This document shows, in pieces, positions 47,525 to 57,537 of a stretch of DNA of 64,000 nt; within the stretch, counting starts at the first letter, position 1, and each line of letters starts with the position of its first letter. The stretch covers positions 7,919 through 71,918 of IMG/VR virus record IMGVR_UViG_3300031997_002780; one strand, 5' to 3'. The stretch comes from a virus. Under the pieces are notes generated by a model, which saw only the letters and a list, made by a program, of their open reading frames with translations, had not been told where the DNA came from and searched no databases. The position numbers were made by a program, and so were the translations under genes.

Positions 47525-48577
47525 TTATGCGGCAACTGTAACTCCGACATACCCGATAATTGTAGAAGCCGACGTAGCTGAAGCCGATATAACAACCGAG
47601 CCAGCCGCCAATGCTACAACTGAACCACTATGAGGTGCAGCACTTACGCAACTCGCAGCAGTGGAGCTAAAAGAAAGATATACATTAGGAACTTTAAAAG
47701 CGCTCCCTGTATAAGGAATAGCATAAACCACAAAGGTTTTACTTTCACCAACTGTTAATGAAACATTTCCACCTGAAAAAGATAATGACGAAATATTATC
47801 ATACCAGTTTGTATTATCTATAATTTCAGTAATTGTAGCATAGTATGAATCAACTGTACATGCATCTGCACCTGTAGCGGTTGGTGTATAAGCAAGAGCC
47901 GTACCAGTAAGCGGTGTATTGGATACACCATCAGCTTTCATGGAGATTGTAAAAGCTCCTGAAAGTTGTGCTCTAGGTACAATAATTTGTACCATACCAA
48001 TCTTATTTGTAGTAACATCAGCAGAATTCAACTGAGTTTCCATAACCAATTTCAAAACTTGTGGAATCATACTTGCTTTGATGGTGATACTTTTTCCAGC
48101 ACTTACGTTTGCTGTAAGATAACGTACACACCAATTTCCACTTGTTTCAGTTCCTACAACAGGAAAACTTCCTATTGAACCACTGAATGTAACTCGTTGG
48201 GTAACACCCAAAGGAGAAGTTGCCCAACCATATATGGTTGTACCTGTGAACGCTAAAGGTATTTCACTAACAGAACCAGAACTACCTTGAACTGCTATGG
48301 TTTCTTGCACATAATAGTTACCAAGTTCATATGTACCACCCACTGTTGCTCCAACTAATTCTAGATTCCATTGCGCTTCTGTTAAGTTAAATTTCATTTC
48401 CGCAGTGTGATAGTAAGTATAAAGCAATTGATTACCACGTCCACCACGAACAGGTGCTGAACCTAGAGAAACTTCGATAGAACTGTCTAGCAGTGTCTTT
48501 GCTACGAAAAGCAGATTATCATCGTTGTCATACCCAAAAACGTCTGCGACACTTGTCAAGAATTTCTTTATAGCCAT
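47525..48577 (-). CDS. Major tail (tube) protein with a C-terminal Ig-like domain
   Basis: KTLLDSSIE......VRGGRGNQL...Y.H..., QI..PRAQLSG.F.ISM..DG; position after the neck genes. Confidence 0.75.
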   Translation of the reverse strand: MAIKKFLTSVADVFGYDNDDNLLFVAKTLLDSSIEVSLGSAPVRGGRGNQLLYTYYHTAEMKFNLTEAQWNLELVGATVGGTYELGNYYVQETIAVQGSSGSVSEIPLAFTGTTIYGWATSPLGVTQRVTFSGSIGSFPVVGTETSGNWCVRYLTANVSAGKSITIKASMIPQVLKLVMETQLNSADVTTNKIGMVQIIVPRAQLSGAFTISMKADGVSNTPLTGTALAYTPTATGADACTVDSYYATITEIIDNTNWYDNISSLSFSGGNVSLTVGESKTFVVYAIPYTGSAFKVPNVYLSFSSTAASCVSAAPHSGSVVALAAGSVVISASATSASTIIGYVGVTVAA

Positions 48578-48610
48578 AATTTTAAACCTCCTGTATTTTT
48601 TTAATAAATG

Positions 48611-49399
48611 CTATTTTTTAGCACTGTCGAATGATACTTTATCTTGCATTTCTTGCAAGTCTATAGTAACATCATCGTACTCATTTTTATCGTCTAAATC
48701 TGTTAACCAGTGTTTAATAAACGACTTATCTTTGAACTCAACCATCCCCGACATACTTGCTCCTAGATAAATTTTATAGTGTATTAGATTATCCATTCTC
48801 CTTATGCTCTTTATAAATTTCCTTATGCTCATAGAGTATATATATTCATGAGTCCATCCTGTTGAAACAGAAAGAGAGATAATATAATCTTCAATAGATG
48901 CAACCCCTGTACCAGCTATTTTTCTTTTAAATTCTCTGGCTTTTTCCATAGAATCCCTAACTTCTTTAGAAATATTTTCGTCTATTAAGTCTACAAGATT
49001 TTGTGTTGCTATTATTTCTTTTATTTTATCAAAATCATCAGATGTATATTTCTCTTCTTTAATAAGGAAAAAGGGTTTCTTTGTTTCATCGTCGTATCTA
49101 TATCTTTTTATGCTTTCTTGTATTTCTGTAAATGTATCATCTTCTTTCAGACACATTGCCAATAGCCTATCGAACCATATTAGGTAAGGATAATCTACTG
49201 GATTTTTTTCAGTAATATTAAAAACATATTCCATATAAGTCATTGAGATTATTTCCGGGTTGGGGATGCTATTTTTATCTATATTTAAGCATTGAGAATA
49301 AATATTAAAGAGTATATAGTCTTTTACTGTTACCGGATATATATTTATATTTTTATACGGAATAGGTAAATCATAAGTAATATAATATGAAATATCCAT
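48611..49399 (-). CDS. Putative tail assembly protein
   Basis: IYPV.VKDY, DKNSIP....I.M.Y, G...EYI..M.IRKF, SGMVEFK....HW; position in the neck/tail block. Confidence 0.5.
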   Translation of the reverse strand: MDISYYITYDLPIPYKNINIYPVTVKDYILFNIYSQCLNIDKNSIPNPEIISMTYMEYVFNITEKNPVDYPYLIWFDRLLAMCLKEDDTFTEIQESIKRYRYDDETKKPFFLIKEEKYTSDDFDKIKEIIATQNLVDLIDENISKEVRDSMEKAREFKRKIAGTGVASIEDYIISLSVSTGWTHEYIYSMSIRKFIKSIRRMDNLIHYKIYLGASMSGMVEFKDKSFIKHWLTDLDDKNEYDDVTIDLQEMQDKVSFDSAKK

Positions 49400-49403
49400 A
49401 TTT

Positions 49404-49964
49404 TTATGCCGAGTAAGTTGAGAATATTATTTGTTTTCCACCAAACGGTATTTGACCAGCTTGGAATAAGCGAGAACTTTGGTCAATCATCCTATCTATA
49501 GCCATCAAGCCCAATATACCTATATTTACACCATTGAATAAAGCAAGAAGTTCTCCCGCAATTGTATCAATTCTAGTAGTATAATTAGACAAATGATTTA
49601 TTTTATAATGGGAAAATATTTCCATGCTTACTTCAATAACACCAATAGTACGATTATAACCCATAGCGTAATGCGGCATTATTCTTACCAATGTTACTTC
49701 TTCTACTAAAACATCGGGTTGTTTCCCATCCATAAAAACATTATATTTTGAACTATCTTGTTGTCCAGCATATATTAGAGCCGCTTTTTCTTCTTGTGTT
49801 AAATCTGGTTTATTCCAAGCATCAGGGCTAGTATATTTCAATAATTTCCAAACTGATTCATTATTATCCATCATGTGTTTTATACAAGTATACGATATTT
49901 GGTTAAAACGTTGAAAATCATTATAGGCTATAAACCCGATGTCTTGTGTTGGTATATTTGGCAT
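49404..49964 (-). CDS. Putative tail terminator / neck protein
   Basis: Position, size, and the KLL.Y...DA and R.D.I......LFNG pattern. Confidence 0.5.
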   Translation of the reverse strand: MPNIPTQDIGFIAYNDFQRFNQISYTCIKHMMDNNESVWKLLKYTSPDAWNKPDLTQEEKAALIYAGQQDSSKYNVFMDGKQPDVLVEEVTLVRIMPHYAMGYNRTIGVIEVSMEIFSHYKINHLSNYTTRIDTIAGELLALFNGVNIGILGLMAIDRMIDQSSRLFQAGQIPFGGKQIIFSTYSA

Positions 49965-49976
49965 TGTTTTTCTCCT

Positions 49977-51305
49977 TTAAGCAGTATCAAATTGCCATGC
50001 TCCACGTAAGAAAATATCAAACGATTTTGGAGCTACAACGGAACCAGTTGTGCATTGTACTGTCAGGTGAGATGTTAAATCTTTTAACATATTTGTAACT
50101 TTAAAGTGATTTCCATCAGTTTGAGAAAATATATAACTAGTAGATGGAACATTACTACCGCTACATGTAATAATAAACGAACCAGACGATTGAATATTAT
50201 TTTCATATAGATAAACTGAATATGTTCTATTAGTTCCCTCTAGAATATAATTTGTATTTGGACTGATTAGTATATTGTTATTCATTGTTGGGCTAGCACT
50301 AACAGTCACCCAACAAGTATCACTTGCTGGATTTCCATAGACAGAAGCCGTTATTGTGCAATTTCCATTTGTGTTGAAAGCAACAAGAGTACTTCCGCTG
50401 CTTCCACTAACGGAAGCCACTGTAGGGTTAGAGCTTTTCCATTCTATTGCTCTTATAACACTGTCTCCATTATAAATAACATTTGCATTTAATTGTATTG
50501 CCCCAGTGGGGGAACCTGATATACTCCCACTATTTAAAGTAACATGATAAACATTAGTATGTACATCACAAATACCGTTAACAATATCATCCAATTCCTC
50601 ATTAAGAAAATTAGCAATTAAATCTAATGTTAGTATGTGAGCACTGTTATTGTCATAAGTTGTAACATTTGTAAAGTCATTTATACCTGTTCCTGTCACT
50701 TTATAACATACCCAATGTTCAGGATTTCCAAACAAGAACCTTTGGTTTTCATTTATTTTACCACTTCGCTCATTTAATTGAGTTATAATATGTAAAAATC
50801 CACCGGGAGTTGGGAAAGGCGAACCTTGTGTAATATAATCTCTTGGTTCTTTTACCAGATATTCTATAGCACAAGGTTCTTCATAATAAACACCTGTTGC
50901 TTCATCAATCCATCTAAGTGTATTATTACACCTTCTAATTGTGCATGTTGCTGCTATATTTTTGATTACTTCGGTGTTTATAACTATCCAAGTGTTATTA
51001 TCAAATATATAGCGTAGTCCTAAATCTAATTGATGATTTAGGTCAGGAAACAAAACTGTTTTCCAGTCGTCTCCAAGTTTTAAACCAGTTTCTGCGTTGA
51101 TAACATGATTTATACGAACATCCATGTTAGCATATTTTTCAGTACCTATTCCTGTTTCTTCTCGAATAGTCCACCAACTTGAAGAGTTATAAAATTGTTC
51201 ATTAAGAGTTTGTTGGAATAAATCAATATATTGTTGTTTAGGGTTTTCCCCTTTTTTTGCTCCTGCATACATTGAAGCGGGGATGGATTTATATTCATAA
51301 GTCAT
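49977..51305 (-). CDS. Head-closure/neck protein with an Ig-like (Big_2) domain; probable start MTYEYK at 51305
   Basis: G....F....W.V, IRRCNN.LRW; WKSSNPTVASV...G.CTITAS. Confidence 0.6.
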   Translation of the reverse strand: MTYEYKSIPASMYAGAKKGENPKQQYIDLFQQTLNEQFYNSSSWWTIREETGIGTEKYANMDVRINHVINAETGLKLGDDWKTVLFPDLNHQLDLGLRYIFDNNTWIVINTEVIKNIAATCTIRRCNNTLRWIDEATGVYYEEPCAIEYLVKEPRDYITQGSPFPTPGGFLHIITQLNERSGKINENQRFLFGNPEHWVCYKVTGTGINDFTNVTTYDNNSAHILTLDLIANFLNEELDDIVNGICDVHTNVYHVTLNSGSISGSPTGAIQLNANVIYNGDSVIRAIEWKSSNPTVASVSGSSGSTLVAFNTNGNCTITASVYGNPASDTCWVTVSASPTMNNNILISPNTNYILEGTNRTYSVYLYENNIQSSGSFIITCSGSNVPSTSYIFSQTDGNHFKVTNMLKDLTSHLTVQCTTGSVVAPKSFDIFLRGAWQFDTA

Positions 51306-51306
51306 A

Positions 51307-51765
51307 TTACACCCCCGAGAATGATTGGGTATACCAATCAGTCCAGTCATTTCTTTTATAACTATAATCTTGTAATAGCTGAGAACATTGTTCTTTTACT
51401 ATGTTTAGATGATTTGATTTTTCTCTTAGATTTTGTGCTTCAGAAGCTATCTTAAAATCTCGGTCAGTTATATGCAAATTTAGTTGGGTTATATCTCCCA
51501 CAACCTTTTGGAGCCAATATCTCATCATTAGCGTAGCTAAGATGGTTTTATTGTCCCGGCTTAATTCAGCCGGGAATTCTTTTGTGGTATTATTGTAATT
51601 TAGGTCTTGGTCACATACTTTAAAATCTACAATTGCAAAATCTAACCATTTTTGTAGATAATCTTCAAAATCCGGGAGAGATGTATTAAACAAATCTATG
51701 AGCCTATAATCAGTAACAGTCATAAGAAAATAATCGTAAATCTCAGATAAACTTGTATTAGCCAT
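51307..51765 (-). CDS. Head-tail adaptor; probable start MANTS at 51765
   Basis: T.LSEIYD.FL..VTDY, ILA.LM...W, DFK..S.A..L; position after the capsid gene. Confidence 0.6.
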   Translation of the reverse strand: MANTSLSEIYDYFLMTVTDYRLIDLFNTSLPDFEDYLQKWLDFAIVDFKVCDQDLNYNNTTKEFPAELSRDNKTILATLMMRYWLQKVVGDITQLNLHITDRDFKIASEAQNLREKSNHLNIVKEQCSQLLQDYSYKRNDWTDWYTQSFSGV

Positions 51766-52444
51766 TTTCGCCTCCATATGAAAAGTTAAGCGGATTGCTT
51801 AAATTATTTGTGATTATATAAGAATCATATGCTTTTGCTGCATCTTCTTCTTTTTCATAAATTCCTATATATTTACTTTTTCCATTTAAACATATTCCAG
51901 CGACCCATTTGTTATTGGGTTTTTTAAAACATACGCCTAAAAACTTAGAAGAGGTGATTTTTCTTTTCTTTCCAAAAAAAGGATTATTATTTTTAGAAAT
52001 ATCTGCGTGATTTTTAGATATATTTTTTTTATGCTCCTCTGAAAAAACTTTTCCTTTGGAAGATTTTGACATTCTCTCTTTTGTTTCTGCCGAATGGATT
52101 TTTCCTGTTCTAGATTTTGACATCTTTTCTTTTGTTTCTTTAGAATGTCTTCCGTTCCTTCCCGCTGTTTTTATATTATATCCTTTATCCGGATTAAGAG
52201 TATCGTAGGCAATAATCCAATAATTTTCCATTAAATCTAAAAGATTTTCATTACATTCTTGAATAATAGAAAATTTAAAATTTTCTTTACCATACCTATT
52301 ATATGCTTTTTGGAGGTGATTATTTCTATGTCTATTATATTTCAAACTATTTCTATGTCTTATTATTCTATTACTAATATCAATAGCTTGACCGACATAC
52401 TTCTTATTGTTCACAGTATTTTCGATACAATAGATGCCAATCAT
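51758..52444 (-). CDS. GIY-YIG homing endonuclease with NUMOD3 and AP2 domains
   Basis: GIYCIEN.VN.KKYVGQ; SKFLGV....KW.A.I...YIG.Y..EEDAAKAYD. Confidence 0.9.
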   Translation of the reverse strand: MIGIYCIENTVNNKKYVGQAIDISNRIIRHRNSLKYNRHRNNHLQKAYNRYGKENFKFSIIQECNENLLDLMENYWIIAYDTLNPDKGYNIKTAGRNGRHSKETKEKMSKSRTGKIHSAETKERMSKSSKGKVFSEEHKKNISKNHADISKNNNPFFGKKRKITSSKFLGVCFKKPNNKWVAGICLNGKSKYIGIYEKEEDAAKAYDSYIITNNLSNPLNFSYGGENG

Positions 52445-52464
52445 TTGACCTCCTTTTGATTATT

Positions 52465-53115
52465 TTATTGTTGTTGGTTCTGTTCAACCAATTCTTCTGC
52501 TAAAGCTTTCTCTTCTTCTGCTTTTTGTGCAATATCAATTTTTGATAATCTGGAAATTCTATCTACAGTATACAAATTTACAGAGCCAGAGTCATTCTTT
52601 ACTTTTTCAATAAGCAATTGTACAATTACTTTTTGCTGATTTGAATTGGATGAATTATAAAGGTCGATACAATATTCTGTGTTTATATTGTTTAGTATTT
52701 CTTCTATTTTTTCCTTTGTTAATATTTTGGAGTAAACTTCATCCAGACCATGCTGGCGTATAACTAACGGGTCAAGTATATAAAAATATCCTGATTCCAT
52801 GAAAGTTCGATTGACTTCTATTATATCTACCAAATCTTTATAAAGAATGTTTTTCACTTCCCCAAACTTGGTAAATTTTTTAACATCTCCCTGCCCACCT
52901 TCTTTAGTTGATAGGTTTAACCTATAAGGCAAAAGGCTCATAACAGGTACATAATCGTCTAGCAGAACTTTATTTCTTCCAGTTTCTATTGTACGTTTTC
53001 CCATTTCTGGTTCTACGGTATCAATGGTTGGTTCTAATTCGGCTAGTCTTGCTTTCAAAGCTTCGACTTCTTTTTTTTCGTCGGCTGAAAGCTGTGTAGA
53101 TGATTTTTTGTTCAT
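52465..53115 (-). CDS. Hypothetical head-region protein
   Basis: Immediately downstream of the major capsid gene; SD AAGGAG. Confidence 0.55.
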   Translation of the reverse strand: MNKKSSTQLSADEKKEVEALKARLAELEPTIDTVEPEMGKRTIETGRNKVLLDDYVPVMSLLPYRLNLSTKEGGQGDVKKFTKFGEVKNILYKDLVDIIEVNRTFMESGYFYILDPLVIRQHGLDEVYSKILTKEKIEEILNNINTEYCIDLYNSSNSNQQKVIVQLLIEKVKNDSGSVNLYTVDRISRLSKIDIAQKAEEEKALAEELVEQNQQQ

Positions 53116-53139
53116 TTTTCTCCTTAATATTTTTTAGGA

Positions 53140-53159
53140 AGGGGCGGTTTCCCGCCCCT
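53140..53159 (-). terminator. GC-rich GAAA-tetraloop hairpin after the major capsid gene (weak terminator or mRNA stabiliser)
   Basis: AGGGGCGG-GAAA-CCGCCCCT on the minus strand; no clean U-tract. Confidence 0.6.
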
Positions 53160-53172
53160 ATTCTATAATAGA

Positions 53173-54300
53173 TTATGCTAATTGAATTGTTGCAGCAACA
53201 GCGTTAGTTGCAACAGCGGTACCCCAACTCTTAATAAGGGTTGAAGTTTGAATTAAGTTAGCGTTTGCGTAAACATCACTGGTATATGAAAGTACATTAC
53301 CTTCCAAAACAACCTTGATGAGTTTTTGTGACGAAGGGGAAACAAGCCAGATACGAGAATCTGAGAGTTTCAAACCGAATGGGGTCTGCCAATCAGCTAC
53401 CTGTGGGAGTACCATAATATCGGTTCCTTGGAAATCACGTAGATAACCAACTTTCACGTATTCGCTTTGGAAATCATAGCGATAGTTGGCGTTTGCAGGA
53501 AGAATGCTCGCTAAAGCGCGCTGAGTACCGATAGCAACCGCTTTTGAACCACCATTCCACGCAGCAACAGTTTGTGAAAGACGAACAAATTCTGACTGAG
53601 TATAGCCAGCTACAAGTAAACCAGTGCTTGCAGTAGCGTCAACAGCATCCATTGCAGTGTAGAAAGCATTGTACACGTCAACAGCTAATGCTGTCTCGAA
53701 TGAACGTACCATCTTCATAACAAAGTCTGCTAAAGATTCTTTTCCTGCAAGAACTTTCATTAATGACACAAATACTGTCATTTCACGAGGTTCTGGAATA
53801 ACTGTAATCTGACCTTTGAACTGCTTGTGTAGTTCGGTTGTTCTCTTGCTACGACCTGCTTTAGAAACGATGAATAAATCACGAGGACTTACATCGAACG
53901 CCGCTGAGTCGCCCCAACCGATTGTACGAACTTCGGAGTAAATTCCAATACTGTCAATGATAGTTTCTGGAAGAATCATATCAATAACAGCAGAAATAAC
54001 TGCGAAGGTTGCCCACTTTAAAGCAGGGTGATTTGCCCAAGTCTCAATAGAGAACGTGTCAAAATTTTGAACACCTGCTACACGTAAAATTTCACGTTTT
54101 AAAGCTGCATTTAATTTTTCCTCTTTTTCTGAGAAGCTAAGAGGTACAACTGCACCCTCGGGTGTAATTGTATTTTGTTGATATTCAACATTTTTCGCAC
54201 CGTTTAAAGCACGATAGTGATTCCAATAATCAACGAACATTTTATAAGGTGTTAAGTTCTGTTCACCTGCGAAAGTAAGTACTTGATTTGGGATTTTCAT
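53173..54300 (-). CDS. Major capsid protein
   Basis: 375 aa following the scaffold and decoration genes; EVR.IGWGD..F, G.....IGT..AL and G.L..F.G.....LPQ patterns; highly biased codon use. Confidence 0.82.
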   Translation of the reverse strand: MKIPNQVLTFAGEQNLTPYKMFVDYWNHYRALNGAKNVEYQQNTITPEGAVVPLSFSEKEEKLNAALKREILRVAGVQNFDTFSIETWANHPALKWATFAVISAVIDMILPETIIDSIGIYSEVRTIGWGDSAAFDVSPRDLFIVSKAGRSKRTTELHKQFKGQITVIPEPREMTVFVSLMKVLAGKESLADFVMKMVRSFETALAVDVYNAFYTAMDAVDATASTGLLVAGYTQSEFVRLSQTVAAWNGGSKAVAIGTQRALASILPANANYRYDFQSEYVKVGYLRDFQGTDIMVLPQVADWQTPFGLKLSDSRIWLVSPSSQKLIKVVLEGNVLSYTSDVYANANLIQTSTLIKSWGTAVATNAVAATIQLA

Positions 54301-54325
54301 AATATATATCTCCTTTTATCCAAAA

Positions 54326-54859
54326 TTATATAGAAACGCATTCCAGCTTATAAGCTGCAACACGCTGGTTATCAATAGCACCAGTAGCAAGGGAAATATA
54401 TGTTGTTGCAATATATTTGTAGACCAGACCTGTTCCTTGTGCATTTGCCCATTCTAACTTATAACTATATGCGATAGTACCAGCATAGGTATTAGATGAG
54501 AAACTTCCGGTAAAAGCATCGGCTGTAAGTACTATAATGTCTCCAAGTTGTGGCTTGTAAGCGGAAAATACCTTACCTGCCGCATTGAAGAAATTACGTG
54601 GGTCAGGGTCAAGACCTTTGTATTGAGCGTTGGTAACAACAATTTCGTCACCAGAATATGCCATCCATAAATTCGTAGCGGAACCTGCAACTGGTGGAGT
54701 AACAGCAAATACTTCTGTTAAACTACCGGAAGTGTACTCCGCACCCATTAATAAAACGTTACCATTATCTAATGCAACAGAGCCACTCATAACGCTTCTA
54801 TTTAAAGAATCGATGTTCATTGCTGCAATTGCTGATGGAATTAAAACTGCATGTGCCAT
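54326..54859 (-). CDS. Head decoration / minor capsid protein
   Basis: LDNG, F.N.AGK...AYK...GD; lies between the scaffold and capsid genes. Confidence 0.65.
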   Translation of the reverse strand: MAHAVLIPSAIAAMNIDSLNRSVMSGSVALDNGNVLLMGAEYTSGSLTEVFAVTPPVAGSATNLWMAYSGDEIVVTNAQYKGLDPDPRNFFNAAGKVFSAYKPQLGDIIVLTADAFTGSFSSNTYAGTIAYSYKLEWANAQGTGLVYKYIATTYISLATGAIDNQRVAAYKLECVSI

Positions 54860-54904
54860 AATAAAAACCTCCTGTTTTTAAATTAAATTGATATACCCTT
54901 GGTT

Positions 54905-56821
54905 TTAATCCCAAAGGCTTTTTTGTTTCTTGGTTGCACCACCAAAAGGTAGTCCAACTTCTATAGTGCCCTTGCTTTGGGGAATCCTGATTGCAAAATC
55001 AAATGATTTTGCTTTGCAGGAATTTTTCCATGCTTCCATATTTGCTAAAGTATAATTTGCGGCATCCGCTTTCATTTCTGCTTTAACATCATCAGGAAGA
55101 TAGACAGACACAGAGAGTTCTTTCAAAGTTTCATTAATTGCAAACTCTTTCTGTTGACCCTCTAATTCTGCTTTGAACTTCTTGAGTTCTTCGTTTTCTG
55201 CCATATATGCTTTTTTCTCTTCAGCCATTAATGCCATCTTATTACATAGCTTTTCGATTTTTGCAAATAGACCATTCATAACGATTCCGAAGTCTGCTTC
55301 TTTGCCTTTGGCGCATTCCACCTTAGCCATTTTTACATCATCTTCATCGTCATCTGCTGAGAACATTTCACCACATTTCTCAATGGGGAATTCAAATTTC
55401 TTTGATTTCTCTTCTTCTAACTTTTTCTTTGCTTCCTCTGCTGCTTTAGCTTTTGCTTCATCAACAGCCATTTTTTCAGCTACTGCTTTTTCAGCAGCAA
55501 CCTTTGAATCAGCAGCCATTTTTGCCTTAGCTTCTTCATCAGCAGCCATTTTTGCTTTTTCTTCTACCTCAGCAGCCATTTTTGCCTTAGCTTCTTCATC
55601 AGCAGCCATTTTTGCTTTTTCTTCTACCTCAGCAGCCATTTTTGCATCTGCTTCGGCTTTTTCAGCAGCCATTTTTGCATCTGCTTCGGCTTTTTCAACT
55701 GCCATTTTTTCTTCTTCGGTCATAGTATCCTCCTTGATAAAATCTTCTGTATCGTCCGCAGACGCTTTTACAGTACTACCTTCGTTTTTTACCCATTTTT
55801 CATCTTCTACATGATGAGTTTTCTTAAACGAACTTATTGCAATAGCCCAACCATTTTTCTTATCATCTGAACCAATCGAATCTGCTTGCGCAGCAATCGC
55901 ATTAGCTTGGGCGAGAGAAATGGGAGGGGTAATACCCTTTAAAGATGGATTCACATCCGCCTTTGACTTATAAGGAAATGTGACAAGTTCGTTGTCAATT
56001 TTTTCTGACATATTTTCTGCCCATTCCTTTGCATAATCTCCACCGAAAAGAAGCCAGTCAACGGTTTCTCTGCTATGTTTGTGTGTGGAAAAATAATTAT
56101 TAATTTCTTTTATTTTTTCGGGAGTTATTATTTTATTTTTAGTTAAATATCGTGCAAAGGCGATACCTGTAGATGTACCACCTCCCTCCTCTTTTCGAAT
56201 TTCAAGACCTTTTTCAACAGCATATCTTACTTCTTTGGGGATTATGATTTCTGTGAAAGAGAATTCCTTCTCTAAATCTTCCTCATATTCTTTTGCAAAA
56301 GACAAAACAGTTGCATTAGCCATAGGTATAGCAGGAGTCACATAACTTCCTAAAACAGTTACCCCTTCATATCTAAAATCAAGAAGTTCAGTTTTTCCGT
56401 CTTTTTTTGGTTGAGTTTTATATACGCTCATTTCGACACTGACAGGCTTTTTTCCTCCATCCCTCTTGAAGAAACCTAACAATGGACCAGTATATCTTTT
56501 CCACACATAAGCTATGGCTGATAACATTGTCCTCCCATCTTCCAGTTTTTTACTTGTGATTATAGTACTATCTGGAACAAAACCGCAAGGAACCTCTTCG
56601 GGGTCATGTGTATAGACATCATCTAGCACCGCATCATATTTCCAGACAAGAGGGCAATTCTTAATTGTATCTGCTGTGCGAAGTAGTGTCTCTTCGGAAA
56701 CATACATATCGTGAAGATTATCTCCAGAAGCAAAAAAGTCTAAAGCCAAAAGAGCGAAGTTAGAATCAGGATTTTCCTGAATCATTTCAACATTTTCAAT
56801 TGCAAAACTAATTTTTTTCAT
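54905..56821 (-). CDS. Prohead protease/scaffold fusion; probable start MKKISF at 56821
   Basis: G.N.H, AYVWKRY, SVEM, F...GVTVLG....PA...A protease-like N-terminus; coiled-coil C-terminus; SD GGGAGG before 56821. Confidence 0.75.
   Translation of the reverse strand: MKKISFAIENVEMIQENPDSNFALLALDFFASGDNLHDMYVSEETLLRTADTIKNCPLVWKYDAVLDDVYTHDPEEVPCGFVPDSTIITSKKLEDGRTMLSAIAYVWKRYTGPLLGFFKRDGGKKPVSVEMSVYKTQPKKDGKTELLDFRYEGVTVLGSYVTPAIPMANATVLSFAKEYEEDLEKEFSFTEIIIPKEVRYAVEKGLEIRKEEGGGTSTGIAFARYLTKNKIITPEKIKEINNYFSTHKHSRETVDWLLFGGDYAKEWAENMSEKIDNELVTFPYKSKADVNPSLKGITPPISLAQANAIAAQADSIGSDDKKNGWAIAISSFKKTHHVEDEKWVKNEGSTVKASADDTEDFIKEDTMTEEEKMAVEKAEADAKMAAEKAEADAKMAAEVEEKAKMAADEEAKAKMAAEVEEKAKMAADEEAKAKMAADSKVAAEKAVAEKMAVDEAKAKAAEEAKKKLEEEKSKKFEFPIEKCGEMFSADDDEDDVKMAKVECAKGKEADFGIVMNGLFAKIEKLCNKMALMAEEKKAYMAENEELKKFKAELEGQQKEFAINETLKELSVSVYLPDDVKAEMKADAANYTLANMEAWKNSCKAKSFDFAIRIPQSKGTIEVGLPFGGATKKQKSLWD
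55500..55710 (-). repeat. 30/33-nt tandem repeat encoding KMAA(E/D)-rich units in the scaffold
   Basis: CAGCAGCCATTTTTG recurs every ~30 nt. Confidence 0.9.
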
Positions 56822-56847
56822 CAATTTACCTCCCTTCCTTGGGTTTT

Positions 56848-57039
56848 TTATAATATAGATAATATTTTTACATCTAAAGGCATTTTTTTCAAACACTCTT
56901 TTAGCTTATCTGTTTTAGCAAAATAAAAATATTTTTTATCGAAGCTCAATAAAGGCAAGCGACAGTGAAATATAAGCCAACTTTTAACATATTTGTTACA
57001 TCTATATTTTTCAGTAATTATTTCCGGATTAGTAATCAT
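56848..57039 (-). CDS. Small hypothetical protein
   Basis: SD GGAGG upstream; fills the gap between ferritin and protease. Confidence 0.55.
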   Translation of the reverse strand: MITNPEIITEKYRCNKYVKSWLIFHCRLPLLSFDKKYFYFAKTDKLKECLKKMPLDVKILSIL

Positions 57040-57048
57040 GACATATGT

Positions 57049-57537
57049 TTACCCTCCTGAAAAAGATTTATCAAATAAAACTAAATCTTTTGTCATTTTT
57101 ATATTTAAAGCAAATTCGTTGGCTGAATCTTCTTCTTCTACTTGTTCTTGTAACATATCAGAAAGAAGGGGTAAATCTATATATGATTTATTTCCTAAAG
57201 CAAAGTCATAAATACTTTCTAGAGATTCGGTTGTACTTTCTTCTGTAGAAATATACAAATCCCCAATGCTTGCTAAAGTATCGATTGTATAAAAAGGTAT
57301 TATCGGGGAATCAATTTCTCTGATATTAACTTTCCCACCTGTTCTATCGTTTAAATACCCAACTATTTTATCTCCATGACTTTTTTCATGTAAAGATTGC
57401 TCATGAAAATATTTGGCGATATTTTTAAGCTGAAAATCTTCGAAAATAGACTCTAATTGAGTATATATCAATTGATTTCGGTATTCGTGTGTAATTTGCT
57501 CATTAAAAGCATTATTTAGACTATCTAAGAGTTTCAT
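57049..57537 (-). CDS. ftnA: Non-haem ferritin
   Basis: NEQI..E, Y, HEQS.HE..H, E..TT, EQVEEE ferroxidase pattern; 162 aa. Confidence 0.88.
   Translation of the reverse strand: MKLLDSLNNAFNEQITHEYRNQLIYTQLESIFEDFQLKNIAKYFHEQSLHEKSHGDKIVGYLNDRTGGKVNIREIDSPIIPFYTIDTLASIGDLYISTEESTTESLESIYDFALGNKSYIDLPLLSDMLQEQVEEEDSANEFALNIKMTKDLVLFDKSFSGG

Noticed and set aside
55173-55814. 213-aa + strand ORF and the other short overlapping or antisense ORFs in the track
   Set aside because: They are shadows of real genes (here the scaffold repeat) with no SD or recognisable motifs.
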